In this document: piece by piece, positions 1 through 13,644 of the stretch
How positions within the stretch are numbered: the stretch's first letter is position 1
Layout: every line of letters starts with the position of its first letter
Source: Somniosus microcephalus
Taxonomy: Eukaryota
Direction: 5' to 3'
DNA: 64,000 bases
NCBI GenBank assembly: GCA_052327205.1
Contig: CM126221.1
Coordinates: 43,090,001-43,154,000 of the forward strand
Notes under the pieces: generated by a model
Told to the model about the DNA's origin: nothing
Databases searched by the model: none
The model's input: the letters and a program-made list of their open reading frames with translations, nothing else
Made by a program: the position numbers and the translations under genes

Positions 1-120
1 TGAACACTGTGCAGTCATCAGCAAACATCCCCATTTCTGACCTTACGTTGGAGGGAAGGTCATTGATGAAGCAGCTGAATATGGTTGGGCCTAGGACACT
101 GCTCTGAGGAACTCCTGCAT
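1..120 (-). mobile_element. CR1-group LINE RT fragment (family with the GVPQGSVLGPTIF..MFADD motif)
   Basis: Same sequence as the copies at 14360-14470 and 18420-18540. Confidence 0.75.
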
Positions 121-1009
121 ATAATGAATGCTATTGTACCACACATGGATTGAATATTTGTGAAACCAGCACTTCTTTGGACTCCTGAAACCACATGATA
201 TGACTTGCATGATGCAAGATTTATAAACAGCTCTCCATTGACCACTATTTGAATCAGTTGCAATTACCCTTTCCTATATGTCCATTTCTCAAAAATTAAT
301 TTTATTGTAATAACCTTCCACAGCCTGCATATCAAAGCTCCATAGAAGTTCACCAAATGGTGTATATGTCCACAACAATACAGCAAATGTGTGTTTCAGA
401 TCATGCAACACTTTACCTACAACGTTTTTCCTCTGATTGAAATCATTAGCCTCCTTTAACCTTCAAAATATGTCAAATTTTGTTAAATCAATCAACATGT
501 GGTAGAAACAAGGTTACATAATAGCACTTGGCTTCTGGAAGAATAAACTGCTTATTAAGTAAAGCATGTATAGCTCTGCTTTCAGGCTTGTAAATTATTT
601 GACTTTTTTATTTTTATCTGTGTAGACTGTTAATGTAAAGTTAGAATTAAATTAACTTTACATTTGTTCACATTTTATTACAAACAGAATTGCAAAAAAG
701 CTAACACAAAGAACATTCCCCTACCTCCCCTGAAGAATAGGTTGAAAAGCATTTTTTAGTATTTTTATAACTTTCCTTCACTGAAATATAACCTAAAATA
801 GTGTTGCGTTTTAATACCCTTTTGGGCTGTAAAACTCACTTATTTTTTGATCCCCAGCCTGTTGATTTCCTTTTCTTGACTTTTAATGCTTCCCTGTATT
901 TTGGTTTTCTTTTGCCTCACTGCTAAGTTGCCTTTCTTCCTTCATTTTGTTATTATTTGACTTCAGTGACCTGGCTCTGTCATTTCCTCTTTTTACCTCA
1001 TGCCACTTA

Positions 1010-4000
1010 CATAGAAACATAGAAGATAGGAGCAGGAGTAGGCCATTCGGCCCCTCAAGCCTGCTGCGCCATTCAAGGAGATCATGGCTGATCATCCAAA
1101 TTCAGTACCCTGTCCCTACCTTCTCTCCATATCCCTTGATTCCTTTAGCCTTAAGAAATATATCCAACTCCTTCTTGAATATATTTAATGAATTGGCCTC
1201 CACTGCCATCTGTGGTAGAGAATTCCACAGGTTCACCACTCTCTGGGTGAAGAAATTCCTCCTAGCTCTGTCCTAAATGGCTTAGCCCTTATCCTTAGAC
1301 TGTGACCCCTGGTTCTGGACTCCCTGGCCATCGGGAACATCCTTCCTGCATCTAGTCTGTCTAGTCCTGTTAGAATTTTTTAAGTTTCAATGAGATGCCC
1401 TCTCATTCTTCTAAACTCCAGCGAGTATAAGCCCAATCGACCCAATCTCTCCTTATACGCCATTCCTGCCACCCCAGGTATCAGCCTGGTGAATCTTCGC
1501 TGCAGTCCCTCCATGGCAAGAACATTCTTCCTCAGATAAGGCGACCAAAACTGCACGCAATACTCGAGATGTTGTCTCACCAAGGCCCTGTACAACTGCA
1601 GCAAGACATCCTTGTTCCTGTACTCGAACCCTCTTGCTACAAAGGCCAACATACCATTTGCCTTCTTAACCGCCTGCTGCACCTGCATGCTTACCTTCAG
1701 CAACTGGTGCACAAGGACACCCAGGTCTCGTTGCACTTCCCCTTCTCCCAATCTATTGCCATTTGGATAATCTGCTTTCCTGTTTTTGACACCAAAGTGG
1801 ATAGCCTCGCATTTATCCACGTTATATTGCATCTGCCATGCTTCTGCCCAATCACCCAACCTGTTCAAATCATACTGAAGTTTCTCGGCATCCTCCTCAC
1901 AGCACACATGCCCACCCAGCTTTGTGTCGTCTGCCAACTTGGAGATATTACATCTAGTTCTCTCGTCTAGATCATTAATATATATTGTGAATAGCTGGGG
2001 TTCTAGGACCGATCCCTGCGGTACCCCACTAGTCCCTGCCTGCCACTCGGGGGGGGGGAAGCCGTTTATTCCAACTCTTTGCTTTCTGTCTGCCAACCAG
2101 TTCTCTATCCAAGTCAATACCTTGCCCCCAATCCCATGTGCCTTAACTTTACATGCTAATCTCTTATGCGGGACCTTATCGAAAGCCTTTTGAAAGTCCA
2201 AATACACCACATCCACTGGTTCTCCCTTATCTATTTTACCAGTTACATCTTCAAAATTCCAGTAGATTAGTGAAGCACGATTTACCTTTTGTAAACCCAT
2301 GTTGACTTTGTCCGATCTGGTCACTGTTTTCCAAGTGCTCTGCTATTACATCTTTTATAATGGACTCTAGCATTTTCCCCACTATCGATGTCAGGTTTAC
2401 CGGTCTATAATTCCCCGTTTTCTCTCTACCACCTTTTTTGAATAGTGGGGTAACATTAGCTACCCTCCAATCCATGGGTACTGTTCGAGTCTATCAAATT
2501 TTGGAAGATGACCAGCAATGCATCTACTATTTCTAGGGCCACTTCCTTAAGTACCCTAGGATGTAGATTATCAGGCCCTGGGGATTTATCGGCCTTCAAT
2601 CCCATCAATTTCCCTAACACCATTTCCCTACAAATACTGATTTCATTCAGTTCCTCCCTCTCATTAGACCCTATGTTCCCCGACATCTCTGGGAGTTTAT
2701 TTGTGCCCTCCTTTGTGAAGACAGAACCAAAATATGTATTTAATTGGTCTGCCATTTCTTTTTTCCCCATTTATAAATTCCCCTGATTCTGACTGCAAGT
2801 GACCTATGCTTGACTTCACCAATCTTTTTCTCTTCACATATCTATAAAAGCTTTTACAGTCAGTTTTTATGTTCCCTGCAAGCTTACTCTCATACTCTAT
2901 TGCCCCCACTTAATTAATCCCTTTGTCCTCCTTTGCTGAATCTTACACTGCTCCCAGTCCTCAGGTTTGCTACCTTATCTGGCCAATTTATATGTCGTCT
3001 CCTTGGATCTTATGCTATCCCTAATTTCCCTTAGCCACGGTTGAGTCACCTTTTTTGTTTTATTTTTATGCCAAACTGGGATAAACAAATTCTGTAGCTC
3101 ATCCATGCGATCTTTGAATGTTTGCCATTGCCTATCCACCGTCAACCCTTTGAGTGCCATTCCCCAATCAATCCTACCCAACTCGCGCCTCACACCATCG
3201 TAGTTTCCTTTATTTAAATTCAGGACCCTAGTCTCTGAGTCAACTATTTCACTCTCCATCTTAATGAAGTATTCTATCATATTATGATCGCTCCGACCCA
3301 AGGGACCTCATACAACAAGATTGCTAATTAATCCTTTCTCATTACATAATACCCAGTCTAAGATGGCCTGATCTCTGGTTGGTTCCTCGACATATTGGTC
3401 CAGGAAACCATCCCGTATACACTCCAGGAATTCCTCTTCCACAGTATTGTTACTAATTTGGTTAGCCCAATCTATATGTAGATTAAAGTCACCCATGATA
3501 ACTGCTGTGCCCTTATTGCACGCTTCTCTAATTTCCCTTTTAATGCCATCCCCAACCTCCGCATTACTGTTTGGGGGCCTATATACCACTCCCACTAATG
3601 TTTTCTGCCCCTTGGTATTTCTCAGTTCTACCCATACAGATTCCACATCATCAGAGCTAATATCCTTCCTTACAGTTGTGTTAACCCCCTCTTTAACCAA
3701 CAATGCTACCCCACCTCCTTTTCCTTTTTGCCTATCTTTCCTGAATATTGAATACCCCTGGATGTTGAGTTCCCAGCCTTGGTCACCTTGGAGCCATGTT
3801 TCTGTAATCCCAATCATATCATATTCGTTTACCTCTATTTGCGCAGCTAATTCATCCACCTTATTACGAATGCTCCTAGCATTAAGACACAAAGCCTTCA
3901 GGCTTGTTTTTTTTAACACTCTTAGACCTTTTAGAATTATTATTTACTGTGGCCGTGTTTGATTTAAACCCTTGATTTCTCTGACTGCCACCTTTGTTTT

Positions 4001-5636
4001 TCTCCTTCCTGTCTTTTGCTTCTATCCTTGTTTCCCTTTCTTCTGTCTCCCTGCTCAGGTTCCCAACCCCCCTGCCATTTTAGTTTAAACCCTCCCCCTA
4101 GGACATCAGTCCCGGTCCTGCCCAGGTGCAAACCGTCCGGTATGTACTGGTCCCACCTCCCCCAGAACCGGTTCTAGTGTCCCAGGAATTTGAATCCCTC
4201 CCCCTTGTACCATTCCTCTAGCCACATATTCATCTGAAATATCCTTCTATTTCTACTCTGACTAGCACGTGGCACTGGTAGCAATCCTGAGATTACTACC
4301 TTTGAGGTCCTAACTCCCTATATTCAGCTTTTAGGACCTCATCCCATTTTTTACCTATATCATTGGTACCTATATGCACTACGACAACTGCCTGTTCACC
4401 CTCCCCTTCCAAAATGTTCTGCAGCCGCTCTGAGACATCCTTGACTCTTGCACCAGGGAGGCAACACACCATCCTGGAGTCTCGTTTGCGGCCGCAGAAA
4501 TGCCTATCTATTCCCCTTACAATAGAATCCCCTATTACTGTAGCTCTACCCCTCTTTTTCCTCCTGTCCTGTGCAGCAGAACCACCCCTGGTGCCAGGAA
4601 GTTGGCTGCTGCTGCCTTCCTCTGATAAGCCACCCCCTCAACAATATCCAAAGTGGTATATCTGTTTGAGAGGGGGGTGACCACAGGGGACTCCTGCACT
4701 ACCTGCCTGCACCTACTAATCTGCCTGGTGGTCACCCATTCCCTTTCTGCCTGTGCAACCTTAACCTGCAGTGTGACCAACTGATTAAACATGCTATCCA
4801 CGACGTCCTCAGCATCGCAAATGCTCCAGTATGTATCCATTCGCAGCTCCAGCGCCGCAATGCGGTTTGCCCGTAGCTGCAGCTGGATACACTTCCTGCA
4901 CACATGGTCGTCAGGGGCACAGGAAGTATCCCTGATTTCCCACATAGTGCAGGAGGAGCACACTACAGGGCCGAGCTGTCCTGCCATGACTTACCCTTTA
5001 ATTAATTTAAATTAAATCAAATCAATATCACCAATTAAATGATTTACTCGAGGGCTCTTGGTTACCAAATGTCCCCGCTACACCACAAAGAGCTTAGAAA
5101 CTATAAACCACAGAGTTTAAGTTTGGAAAAAAGGAGAAATACTTTCTGGTGACGTCACACTTCGATTACTTTTTACTTCTCTCTCCCGCTCTGAGATTGG
5201 TAAGCCTGCCTGGCCTGCCGCCGCTGTGGAGCCTGCCTGGTCTGCCGCCGCTTTTGTAGTCGCTCTGCCGCCGCAGCTTTTCCCAGGTCCGCCGCCGCTG
5301 TGGGGCCTACCTGGTCTGCCGCGCTTTTGCAGTCGCTCCACCGCCGCCGCTTCTCACAGGTCTGCTGCCGCTGTGGGGCCTGCCTGGTCTGCCGCCACTT
5401 TTGTAGCCGCTCCGCCGCCGCTTCTCCCAGGTCTGGCGCCGCTGTGGGGCCTGCCTGGTCTGCCGCCGCTTTTGTAGTCGCTCCGCTGCCGCTGCTTCTC
5501 CCAAGTCCGCCGCCGCTGTGGGGCCTACCTGGTCTGCCGCCGCTTTTGTAGTCGCTCCGCCGCGTCTCCCAGGTCCGCCGCCGCTGTGGGGCCTACCTGT
5601 TCTGCCACCGCTTTTGTGGTCGCTCCGCCACCGCTA
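1010..5636 (-). mobile_element. Near full-length, frameshifted CR1 LINE (ORF1 zinc finger + esterase; ORF2 APE endonuclease + RT)
   Basis: ORF1 has CSSC..CRKC (4535-4987) and GDS..HIGTND esterase motifs. The APE has LNARSI, GITETW and MGDFN (3308-3919). RT fragments include KSPGPD, YLDFQKAFDKVPH, GVPQGSVL and LADD (1380-2909). CR1 3' tail catagaaacatagaa at ~1010. Confidence 0.92.
5205..5636. repeat. GC-rich tandem repeat, ~74-bp unit, ~6 copies, forming the CR1 5' end
   Basis: Recurrent unit gccgccgctgtggggcct(a/g)cctggtctgccgccgcttttgtagtcgctccgccgccgcttctcccaggtc. Confidence 0.9.
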
Positions 5637-8600
5637 CTTGAGAAGTCAAGGAGACAACTGTACCCAAATCTCTGCCAATTCACTTTGAACCATCCGCTTG
5701 TAAGTGTGTGAAAATCCCATGAATCTTCCCTCTGGTGTTTCCTTCACTGTCTTAAGGAAACCACTTCATTTCTGCTCGACACTTCTATAGTTGGCTCCAA
5801 CTAATGCCGGGAATGGATTTTCTGTGGATTTGCTAGCAGAGAGAGAGTCCTTTTCCTATGACAATGTGGTACCATGTGCTGGAGCACTGTCGATCACCAT
5901 CGGGACTGGAGGCTCTACCATTTTCTATTCTTACGTTTTTGGACTGATGTCTTACACCCGTCTTTTTGATTGTGGAGATTGCATGTATTTATTATTTAAA
6001 AAAAATAATTTCTGTGTCCACCATTTGTTTCTAGAGTTCCTCCATATGGTATTGGTCACATGGCCATCGAGACACTATCAATTCCACAGAAATGTAGACA
6101 GTAGACATGTTTTAGATCAGAAATTATCTCTCCTTAGTTCTGTATACATTTTTTTTCTTTTAGCATTTCCCTCTCCTCAATCGCCTATTCATTTTTATCT
6201 CCACAGGAATATGTTTAAAAAAAAAAAAAAAATTAAAAAAAATTGACAACACAAAGACGAGAGTACTACAAAAAACAAAATAAACTGCAGTAGCAAAACT
6301 AGAGTCAAATAAAGACCTGAGACAAATCAGCCAAAAGATAGGAAACAAGATAGCAAAATTAGAGTCAAATGTTTTTGATGATAAAGCCAATTTTGATCGT
6401 CCTAAAATAGTAACACATAATAGAATCCAGAATAGAATAGGATTGATTGCTTAAATAAAGTAAAAGTTTAGACTCAAAAGTAATTAGACAATGTTGTGCA
6501 TTGCCTTCATAAAGCCTTTTATTAAGGACCAGATCTCAAACATGATGAAAAACCACACTGTCCTGTCTCATGTTTTATTTAGTTCATACAAACACGAACA
6601 AAAACTCTGGATAAGAGAATAGAATTAACTGCAAAAATGAAAATTTACTGCTAACAGAGGCCACGGAATATTTTTTGCTACAGATATTAAGAATTACATT
6701 GCAGCCGTATAATTTGTGATGCCTTTCATTTCCATTCTGTATAGTCATGGTTAAAGTCATAGGAAAATGGCTCAGTTGTAAATATTAATTTATACTGTAA
6801 TGCGGTAGATTATACTATTAAATAGAATTGCTCATGTGAATTAATGAGCTTTGCCTTGCCAGAAAAGTATGTCTTAAACTGGTCCACTAAACTCACTCAA
6901 TACAAATAGATCTGTAATTTTTAAAACATGCAGATCTTTTCTTTCATAGAATATTTGTACCCAAAGTAATTCTCTACAAATGTTTTTATATTGAAAATAT
7001 GCTGTTGGCAACAAGCACACAGTAGTACTGCCACGAATGGCACATTTTCAACAAAAAGAAAGGAAAACATTTCCTCCAAAGGCACCCAGGACCCGACTTC
7101 TCGTGGGCCCGGAGAAATTGTCTGGAAAGCAGCAGAAAATGTGGAACACCAGTGAAGTGGTACAATCTAAGCTTTTTTAAAAAATCAGATAAAGGGAATT
7201 ACTGAAGCTGGTGTAAAACGGTACTTTGTATAAAACCAGAATAGTAGAAGCAGAGGGAATAATTGTAAACTGAAGAAACGGAGTTAAACGTAAGGTCTTA
7301 CTCCAATGTGATGAACTTCTGGACTAGAGTGCCACCTAGTGCAGTCATTGAGTTGATACGTGATTCACCAGGGCATGAAGAGATACAGATTTGAGGCAGG
7401 TTAAGAGATAAAAGTGGTCAGATTAGGTTCTGAAACCAGGCCTAAACGATAAGTTAAAAGTCTCTTTCTCATCCACGTATTCTTGTGTACCAGCTTGGCT
7501 GTAGGGATGTCAAACTGTGGTCTTCAAATTTTTTAATAAAAATTCAAATTCCACTAATAACTAAGAAATTGATGTGCATCGGCAACATCTAATTAGGAGG
7601 GAACACCAGGAACACTGTTCCTTTAATGGTATTTTTCCATTTCACAGCTCCATACTTAATATCCTGACGGGCAGCATCCTCAGTTCATGTTCTCCTTTCA
7701 TCAACAGTTGTGTGACATTGTCTGTGTAGAATATAGTTGATTTGTACCAATGGTATCTTCTATTTTTAATTGCAGTCCTTTGCTTTAAAGTGCTGTAAAG
7801 TTTAGATGTATCTATATAATTAAAAATCTTGCCTCACCTTTAAATGTTTGTGCCACACCTTCTGTCTTGGTGTGAAAAATCATCCATCATGCTTTTTTGA
7901 TTGGTTCAAATACAACTATCTTAAGTTTAAAAACTTTGATTCATTAAATGTAGATAGGTATGAAAGTGAGCAATCCAGGATGAGGAACTTGCCCAAAAGC
8001 AACCAAATTGCACATTTCCCCCTCCTACCGCCGCCCCCCCCCGCTACCACATACCAACCTGGAGCCAGCAATTACCCCAATCTAACCAACTGCATTGCTC
8101 AATTAATTTTTTCCCAAGTAGTTCCAGCAGCCATGTTGCTTTCTGACCCACTGTGCTATACACAACAATTACATTTCTACTATACATGTATGAAAGACTT
8201 TTTAAAAAAAATGAATAAACATATACATTGTACATGAGAAATCCCCGAATTTATTTCCTCCTGCATATGTCTGCATGGGGCCTGAGGTGCAGGTCTTCAG
8301 TTCTAGTTTTCACATGTGTAAGCTCAGTGCTTCTCAGTTGCCTCTCTATACCGTCCTCTTGTGTGTCTGCAGGCTCTTGCTGGTCCCCACTACCACTTGT
8401 CATCCCAACCTTTCCCATCATTTTCTGTAATTCACATGTGAGTCATCCCCGAGCCTCAGTTGTCCAAGCTGTCACTGCTCCTTTGTCCTGTTCCAATTCT
8501 TGACTCTGCTTTTTCCCACATTCACTGTGAAACAGCCAGTTCCCCATCCAATCAAACCCTGTGTATAGCAGCCAGCTTTCTGCCTGGCTTGACTCAATCT

Positions 8601-8646
8601 TGAAGACTGAATTTTAAAAGGAAATAGTTTCCTTTTGAAACATTTT

Positions 8647-9009
8647 CACAGATCACAGAAATCACAGAAACCCCACAGTGCAAGATAGAGGCCATTTCGG
8701 CCCATCGAGCCTGCACCGACACATATCCCACCCGATCCCTGTAACCCCTACACCAACACATATCCCACCCTATCCCCGTAACCCCACGTATTTAATCCCC
8801 CTAACACTAAGGGTCAATTTATCATAGCCAATCAACCTAACCCACACATCTTTGGACTGTGGGAGGAAACCGGAGCACCCGGAGGAAACCCACGCAAACA
8901 CGGGGAGAATGTGCAAACTCCACACAGACAGTCACCCGAGGCCGGATTTGAACCCGGGTCCCTGGCGCTGTGAGGCAACAGTGCTAACCACTATGCCACC
9001 GTGCTGCCC
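8647..9009 (-). mobile_element. HE1-like V-SINE (tRNA-derived, elasmobranch type)
   Basis: The minus strand begins gggcagcacggtggcatagtggttagcac (A box), has gggttcaaatcc (B box), the V domain gtgggtttcctccgggtgctccggtttcctccca and a LINE-derived tail. Confidence 0.88.
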
Positions 9010-9663
9010 TTTTGATGCAAGTAAACCACTCAAGCTGTTACGTATATTCTCTGAATCGGCAGATGGATGTCGCAATGCTTAACTCAATGAGGGAGGAGGT
9101 TTGGCAGCATTCAGCAGGATGGGTGAGGTTGCTGGGGTTTGGAAGTATTTAGGAGGATGGGGCCTGAGAGCTCTTGAGGGAAGGAGGAACTTTGACAGCA
9201 TTTAGAGTTTTGAGCAGTACCTGTGGGGATGGGAACAAGGGGGGTTTAGGGTCTGGAAGCAATAGGAAGGGAAAGAGTCTGGCAGCACTGAATGGGGTAG
9301 GGCCATACTCTGGGAATGTGAGATCTGGCAACAGTCTGGAGGGGAAGGGTTGTGTTCTGCTTTCTGATTTGAAATCTGATGTGGAAAGATATCTCTCAGC
9401 AGCTGCCATGAAGTAAACAAGTAAGTCTCTTTCGAAGTTCAGTCCACTGATTTAATTTCAAAATTCTATACTCTGCTCCCTGGCCCTCCCACTCCCCCTC
9501 AATTGTACATCATTCTGTCACAAATCACCTGCTATGCTTCTGAGCTCAGAATAACACTATCTAAATATCACAAATGTACTCCAGATGCCAGTTCCTCGTG
9601 AGCAACTCCATCGGAAATTACCTAGTTTTAATAAAGATAATTTAGTTTTGTTTTTGCAACATT

Positions 9664-9960
9664 TCTTTCGGATGAGACGTTAAACCGAGGCCCCGTCTGT
9701 GCTCTCAGGTGGACGTAAAAGATCCCTTGACACTATTTTGAAGAGCCGGGGAGCTATCCCTGGTGTCCTGGTCAATATTTATTCCTCAATCAACATCACT
9801 AAAAAAAAACATTATCTGGTCATTATCACATTGCTGTTTGTGAGAGCTTGCTGTGTGCAAATTTGCTGCCTTGTTTTCTACATTACAACAGTGACTACAC
9901 TTCACAAGTACCTCACTGGCTGTAAAGCGCTTTGGGATGTCCTGAGGTCGTGAAAGGCGC
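9664..9960 (+). mobile_element. Deu-domain SINE (SacSINE1/AmnSINE-like), 5'-truncated, runs into the gap
   Basis: tttcggatgagacgttaaaccgaggccccgtctg..ctcaggtggacgtaaaagatccc core and tail gtaaagcgctttgggatgtcctgagg. Confidence 0.8.
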
Positions 9961-10090
9961 NNNNNNNNNNNNNNNNNNNNNNNNNNNNNNNNNNNNNNNN
10001 NNNNNNNNNNNNNNNNNNNNNNNNNNNNNNNNNNNNNNNNNNNNNNNNNNNNNNNNNNNNNNNNNNNNNNNNNNNNNNNNNNNNNNNNNN
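9961..10090. other. Assembly gap (130 N)
   Basis: Run of n characters. Confidence 1.
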
Positions 10091-13000
10091 TCTCTGACCG
10101 CACCTTTGATGAATATTAGTCATGTTTCCCCAGTACTGACTTGCCTTGGACAGCTCTTCTGAAATGGATCCTACTTGCTGTTGGTTATTTCCAGCCACCT
10201 CCACCCACGGCCGGTGAGTTTGTGTGAGTCAGTATTGCACAAATTCCTGTACTGCCGAGCTTGCGCAAAATTCAGCAGAAAAGAATCCTCACGATTATCT
10301 TATCTGTTGAAAAGCCATTTTGTTGGCAAAAAGGTCCAAATTATATATATCTAAACACAGAGGGGCCTCAAGTGCCTGTTCCTCAAAAACGTGCAAACCC
10401 AAACCCAGATTAAGAATCTGATTCAGGTAAAGATTCCTCTTCAGAGCAATCTGAATTGGATGCACATATCAACAGGATGTTAGCAGATCTACGTATATAG
10501 AATAATAATATTAGCTCACTGTTCCGATCAGAACAAAAGCTTTGTCAATCCCGAACTGGGCAGTGGGATGTATGTGTTTGAGACACATTGACTACTAAAG
10601 GAAAGTTAGAGATTTTCTTTGTGTTTTGGCATGACAAGCAAGCTAATATTTTATATTAAAATTAATGCTGCTTTTTCCAGGAGGCTATTATTCCAACGAA
10701 TAAACCTGAAATAGAAAATTGTGTTTCTGCAGCTGAGTATTAATGCTGTATTAGTATGATGACTGTCCATTGAATGATTCTTGGTACCAGGGATTATCAC
10801 AAAACATTTTGAGAATTGCCACACTGTCAAAAGATTTATACTTTCAATAGTTTAGCACATTTTTTACAGATTATATATTTCTTGACTGCATTGTAATATG
10901 TAATTTCAATCTCACTTTGCTGAAAATGACCTTTTTCATGTAGTAATGACAGCAGAAATTACTCTAGATCTTTTACACATTTCATTACTTTGCACATTTC
11001 TGAGGGTCAATGTCCTGGAAGTTCGCTCAATTTTTGCGTCACAAAGTTTAATTCATTTTCGCATGCAAAAAATGTCAAAAGAAACGTTCACATTGTTTAT
11101 CTGATTCTTAGTTTAGTGTAATTTATGCTATTTGTCCATGGTGTTTTGTGCTACTCTGTGTAGTTGCTGTATTAGTGTAATGTAGACCACTGTAAAACAG
11201 TTCAAGCAGATAGTAACTGAAGGAGAATGTTTCAGTTAGGATCTCCGGGTTATAGTTTTGCCTATTTAGGGCTTTGCGGGGCATAGAAGGTTATGTAATC
11301 AATATAACAGTAATTTCTGAAATAGTTTCAGGGCAAGTGAATGTGAATATAGTATGTGTACCAAAGTTAAAGTGTGGGATTGATGAAAGATTAGAAATGT
11401 CTGAGAAGAGAAACATTCATTAGGAAGACTGGGATAATCAATGAGTGAACTCATTCATTCACAGCATTTGTAAACTAACTTATAAGAAAACACTTTTCAA
11501 AGTCTGAGGTTTTTATGTGATAGATGAATAGGAAACTACCAATGAGCCCTACTGCATTCAATCTTCTATTACCTCTTGGCAAACATAACATTCTCAAAGG
11601 CAGAGCTGCTTAGCATTTTTTTGTGTATCTTTCTGTTACAACAGTCACTTACTTTGAACAGAGTGTAAATCGCAAGCGGAAATGAAAACTGAATTATCCT
11701 GCATTCAGTCGAGAATAGAGCTCGTACTCAGTGCACATTCCTAAACAGTTAATGGAAGAGAAAAGGTATTGCTGCTTTCTCAACTTGTATAAAACCGATA
11801 ATTGCTTATTTTGTACTGTATCATTAGTAACATTATACATAGGCTGTAGAAGAACAATAGTGCCCCCACACTGTCAGTGGAGCTCTGGAATTTGAAAAGA
11901 ATACAAAGTTAAAGTTGTGTTCCATGTGTACTGCTAGCTTAATATCTGCAAAGCTTCATCACCTTTCAGTTTTACATTTTAGTCGTGAGAGCTGGGTTCT
12001 CACAGTGTTACATAAAGGCCAGTTGAATGGCTCAGCTAATAGCTAAAGCAGAGTTTAGCTTGCGATCAGATGCTTGGATCCCCTAATGCGAACATCATGA
12101 AGCTTTCCCTGTCTGCATCTGAACCATTTTCACTAAACTGGGTGTATTCGTAACAACTCAATCATTAGCTCTGTCCTACAAAATCATTCATAGAAACTAT
12201 AGTAGGACAAACCCAGACTTGTTTACCAGATCGTATTGCGTTCAAATTCCAAAGTGTTGCCCTAAACGGGTTCGGTGAGACAATTCGTAAACCGCGACAC
12301 TACAGGTGTCAAGTGATTGGCGACTGTAGATCCAGCAAATGGGTGGGTGGATAGATAGATCAGGAACACAATAGACAATGCAAATGAACTACATTGGCCT
12401 GTGTCTACCTGTGCTTTATACAGAGTTAAGATCTTTAATCATGAATAATCTTGGACAGTTACAGTCCACATGAAACTGATATGCACATTTTGATTCTGTA
12501 TGATCTTGTACAGAACAAGATCTTTGCTCGTTTGTTAAGCTCTCACTATGAAATTTTACCTGACTGAATTCATCCCAGGATTCTAGGCTACAGTAGAAAT
12601 AGAGAACCTTGTGCTTTAGTGTGACCCTTGGAATAAATCTCCTTTGTATTTATAGGACATATTTTCAAGGACCTTTGAAATAACCCAAGAGACTGGTAGA
12701 AGGATGACTGTTCTGTACAGTTATCATATTACTGTCATCTTTGGAGTTGTCATTTGAGAACAAACCTGTTTATTCAGTGAAATCTCCATGTTAATGATAT
12801 TTGACAGTTTCTATTCAGGACTTTGTCTTCTTTCAGTCTCTGCTGAATAGCCAGTCTCAGAAGAATATATAGCACTTTAGGAAAGATTTTCTTTTTTAGT
12901 AATAAAGATATGAATTTCTCCAGTAAATACTGTACCATCAAAAAAATTTAAAGGTATAAAGTAAACAATTCTCATAATTTTATTTGGATCTGTATTCGGG

Positions 13001-13644
13001 CACGAGGTATATTTGATTAACTTATTATGACAGTACCTGGATAGCACTGCAATCATTATAAAAGGGCAATATTATTTTGAGTTAGTGGTAAGATCTCTGT
13101 TAAAGATTTAAACATTTTTATAATGGGTTAACCATGTGTGAAATTAGATTAAATGTTAAACTGCTACATGCATTTTCCGTTATTTATATGTTTACTACAT
13201 TTTTAATGCTGAGATGAACCCAAAAGAAATAGCTGTTCATTTCAAAAATACTGTTGACATTGTAGATTAACCTTTTTTCCCCAGATAGATTGTTGATGCA
13301 CTAGTTAACAATGCAACAATTACACCTTTAAAACCAGTGTAAGTCAAGAAGGTAAGAAGAGAAGTACTGCCACTGTACTTCAATAGAGTTTACTACCGGC
13401 TCCAGGCCCTGATTTTGCATAAGGAAAATGCTTTAGATTGGACCACTTTATACTAGTTTTGTGCATTGTTACTAAAATTTTGGGCATGTATTCATGATAT
13501 ATGTCCTATTGTGTTGCTGCACCAGTGCCCAAGTCTAAATCAATTCTTGTTTCTCCGACCCATTTCTAAATTCAATTAGTTATGTAGCAACAACCATTTG
13601 GACAAAAGGTTCTCCACTGATTTAGCTGATCTTAATTGGGGTCT

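Noticed and set aside
5117-5551. Pro/Ala/Arg-rich ORFs, and CRISPR-like appearance of the repeat array
   Set aside because: These are by-products of a GC-rich tandem repeat. The units are contiguous with no unique spacers, and the context is eukaryotic.
5640-6400. Possible degenerate retroviral gag or leader on the minus strand, with duplicated gcaaaa(c/t)tagagtcaaat
   Set aside because: No recognisable domain, LTR pair or primer site. ORF 5791-6246 looks like chance sequence.
8940-9009. tRNA gene
   Set aside because: The A and B boxes belong to a SINE head that continues into the V domain; no full cloverleaf is evident.
10195-10213. Strong-looking splice pair tttccag|19 nt|gtgagt next to the gap
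   Set aside because: 19 nt does not preserve frame, the nearby ATG gives phase 2, and I found no DERDRVQKKTFTKW exon downstream for a phase-1 first exon to join.
11074-11095. Sequence resembling VQKKTFT of the preceding MACF1 exon (also FTKW at ~349-360)
   Set aside because: Neither site keeps frame or has the flanking residues and splice sites. That exon is probably upstream of the window or in the gap.
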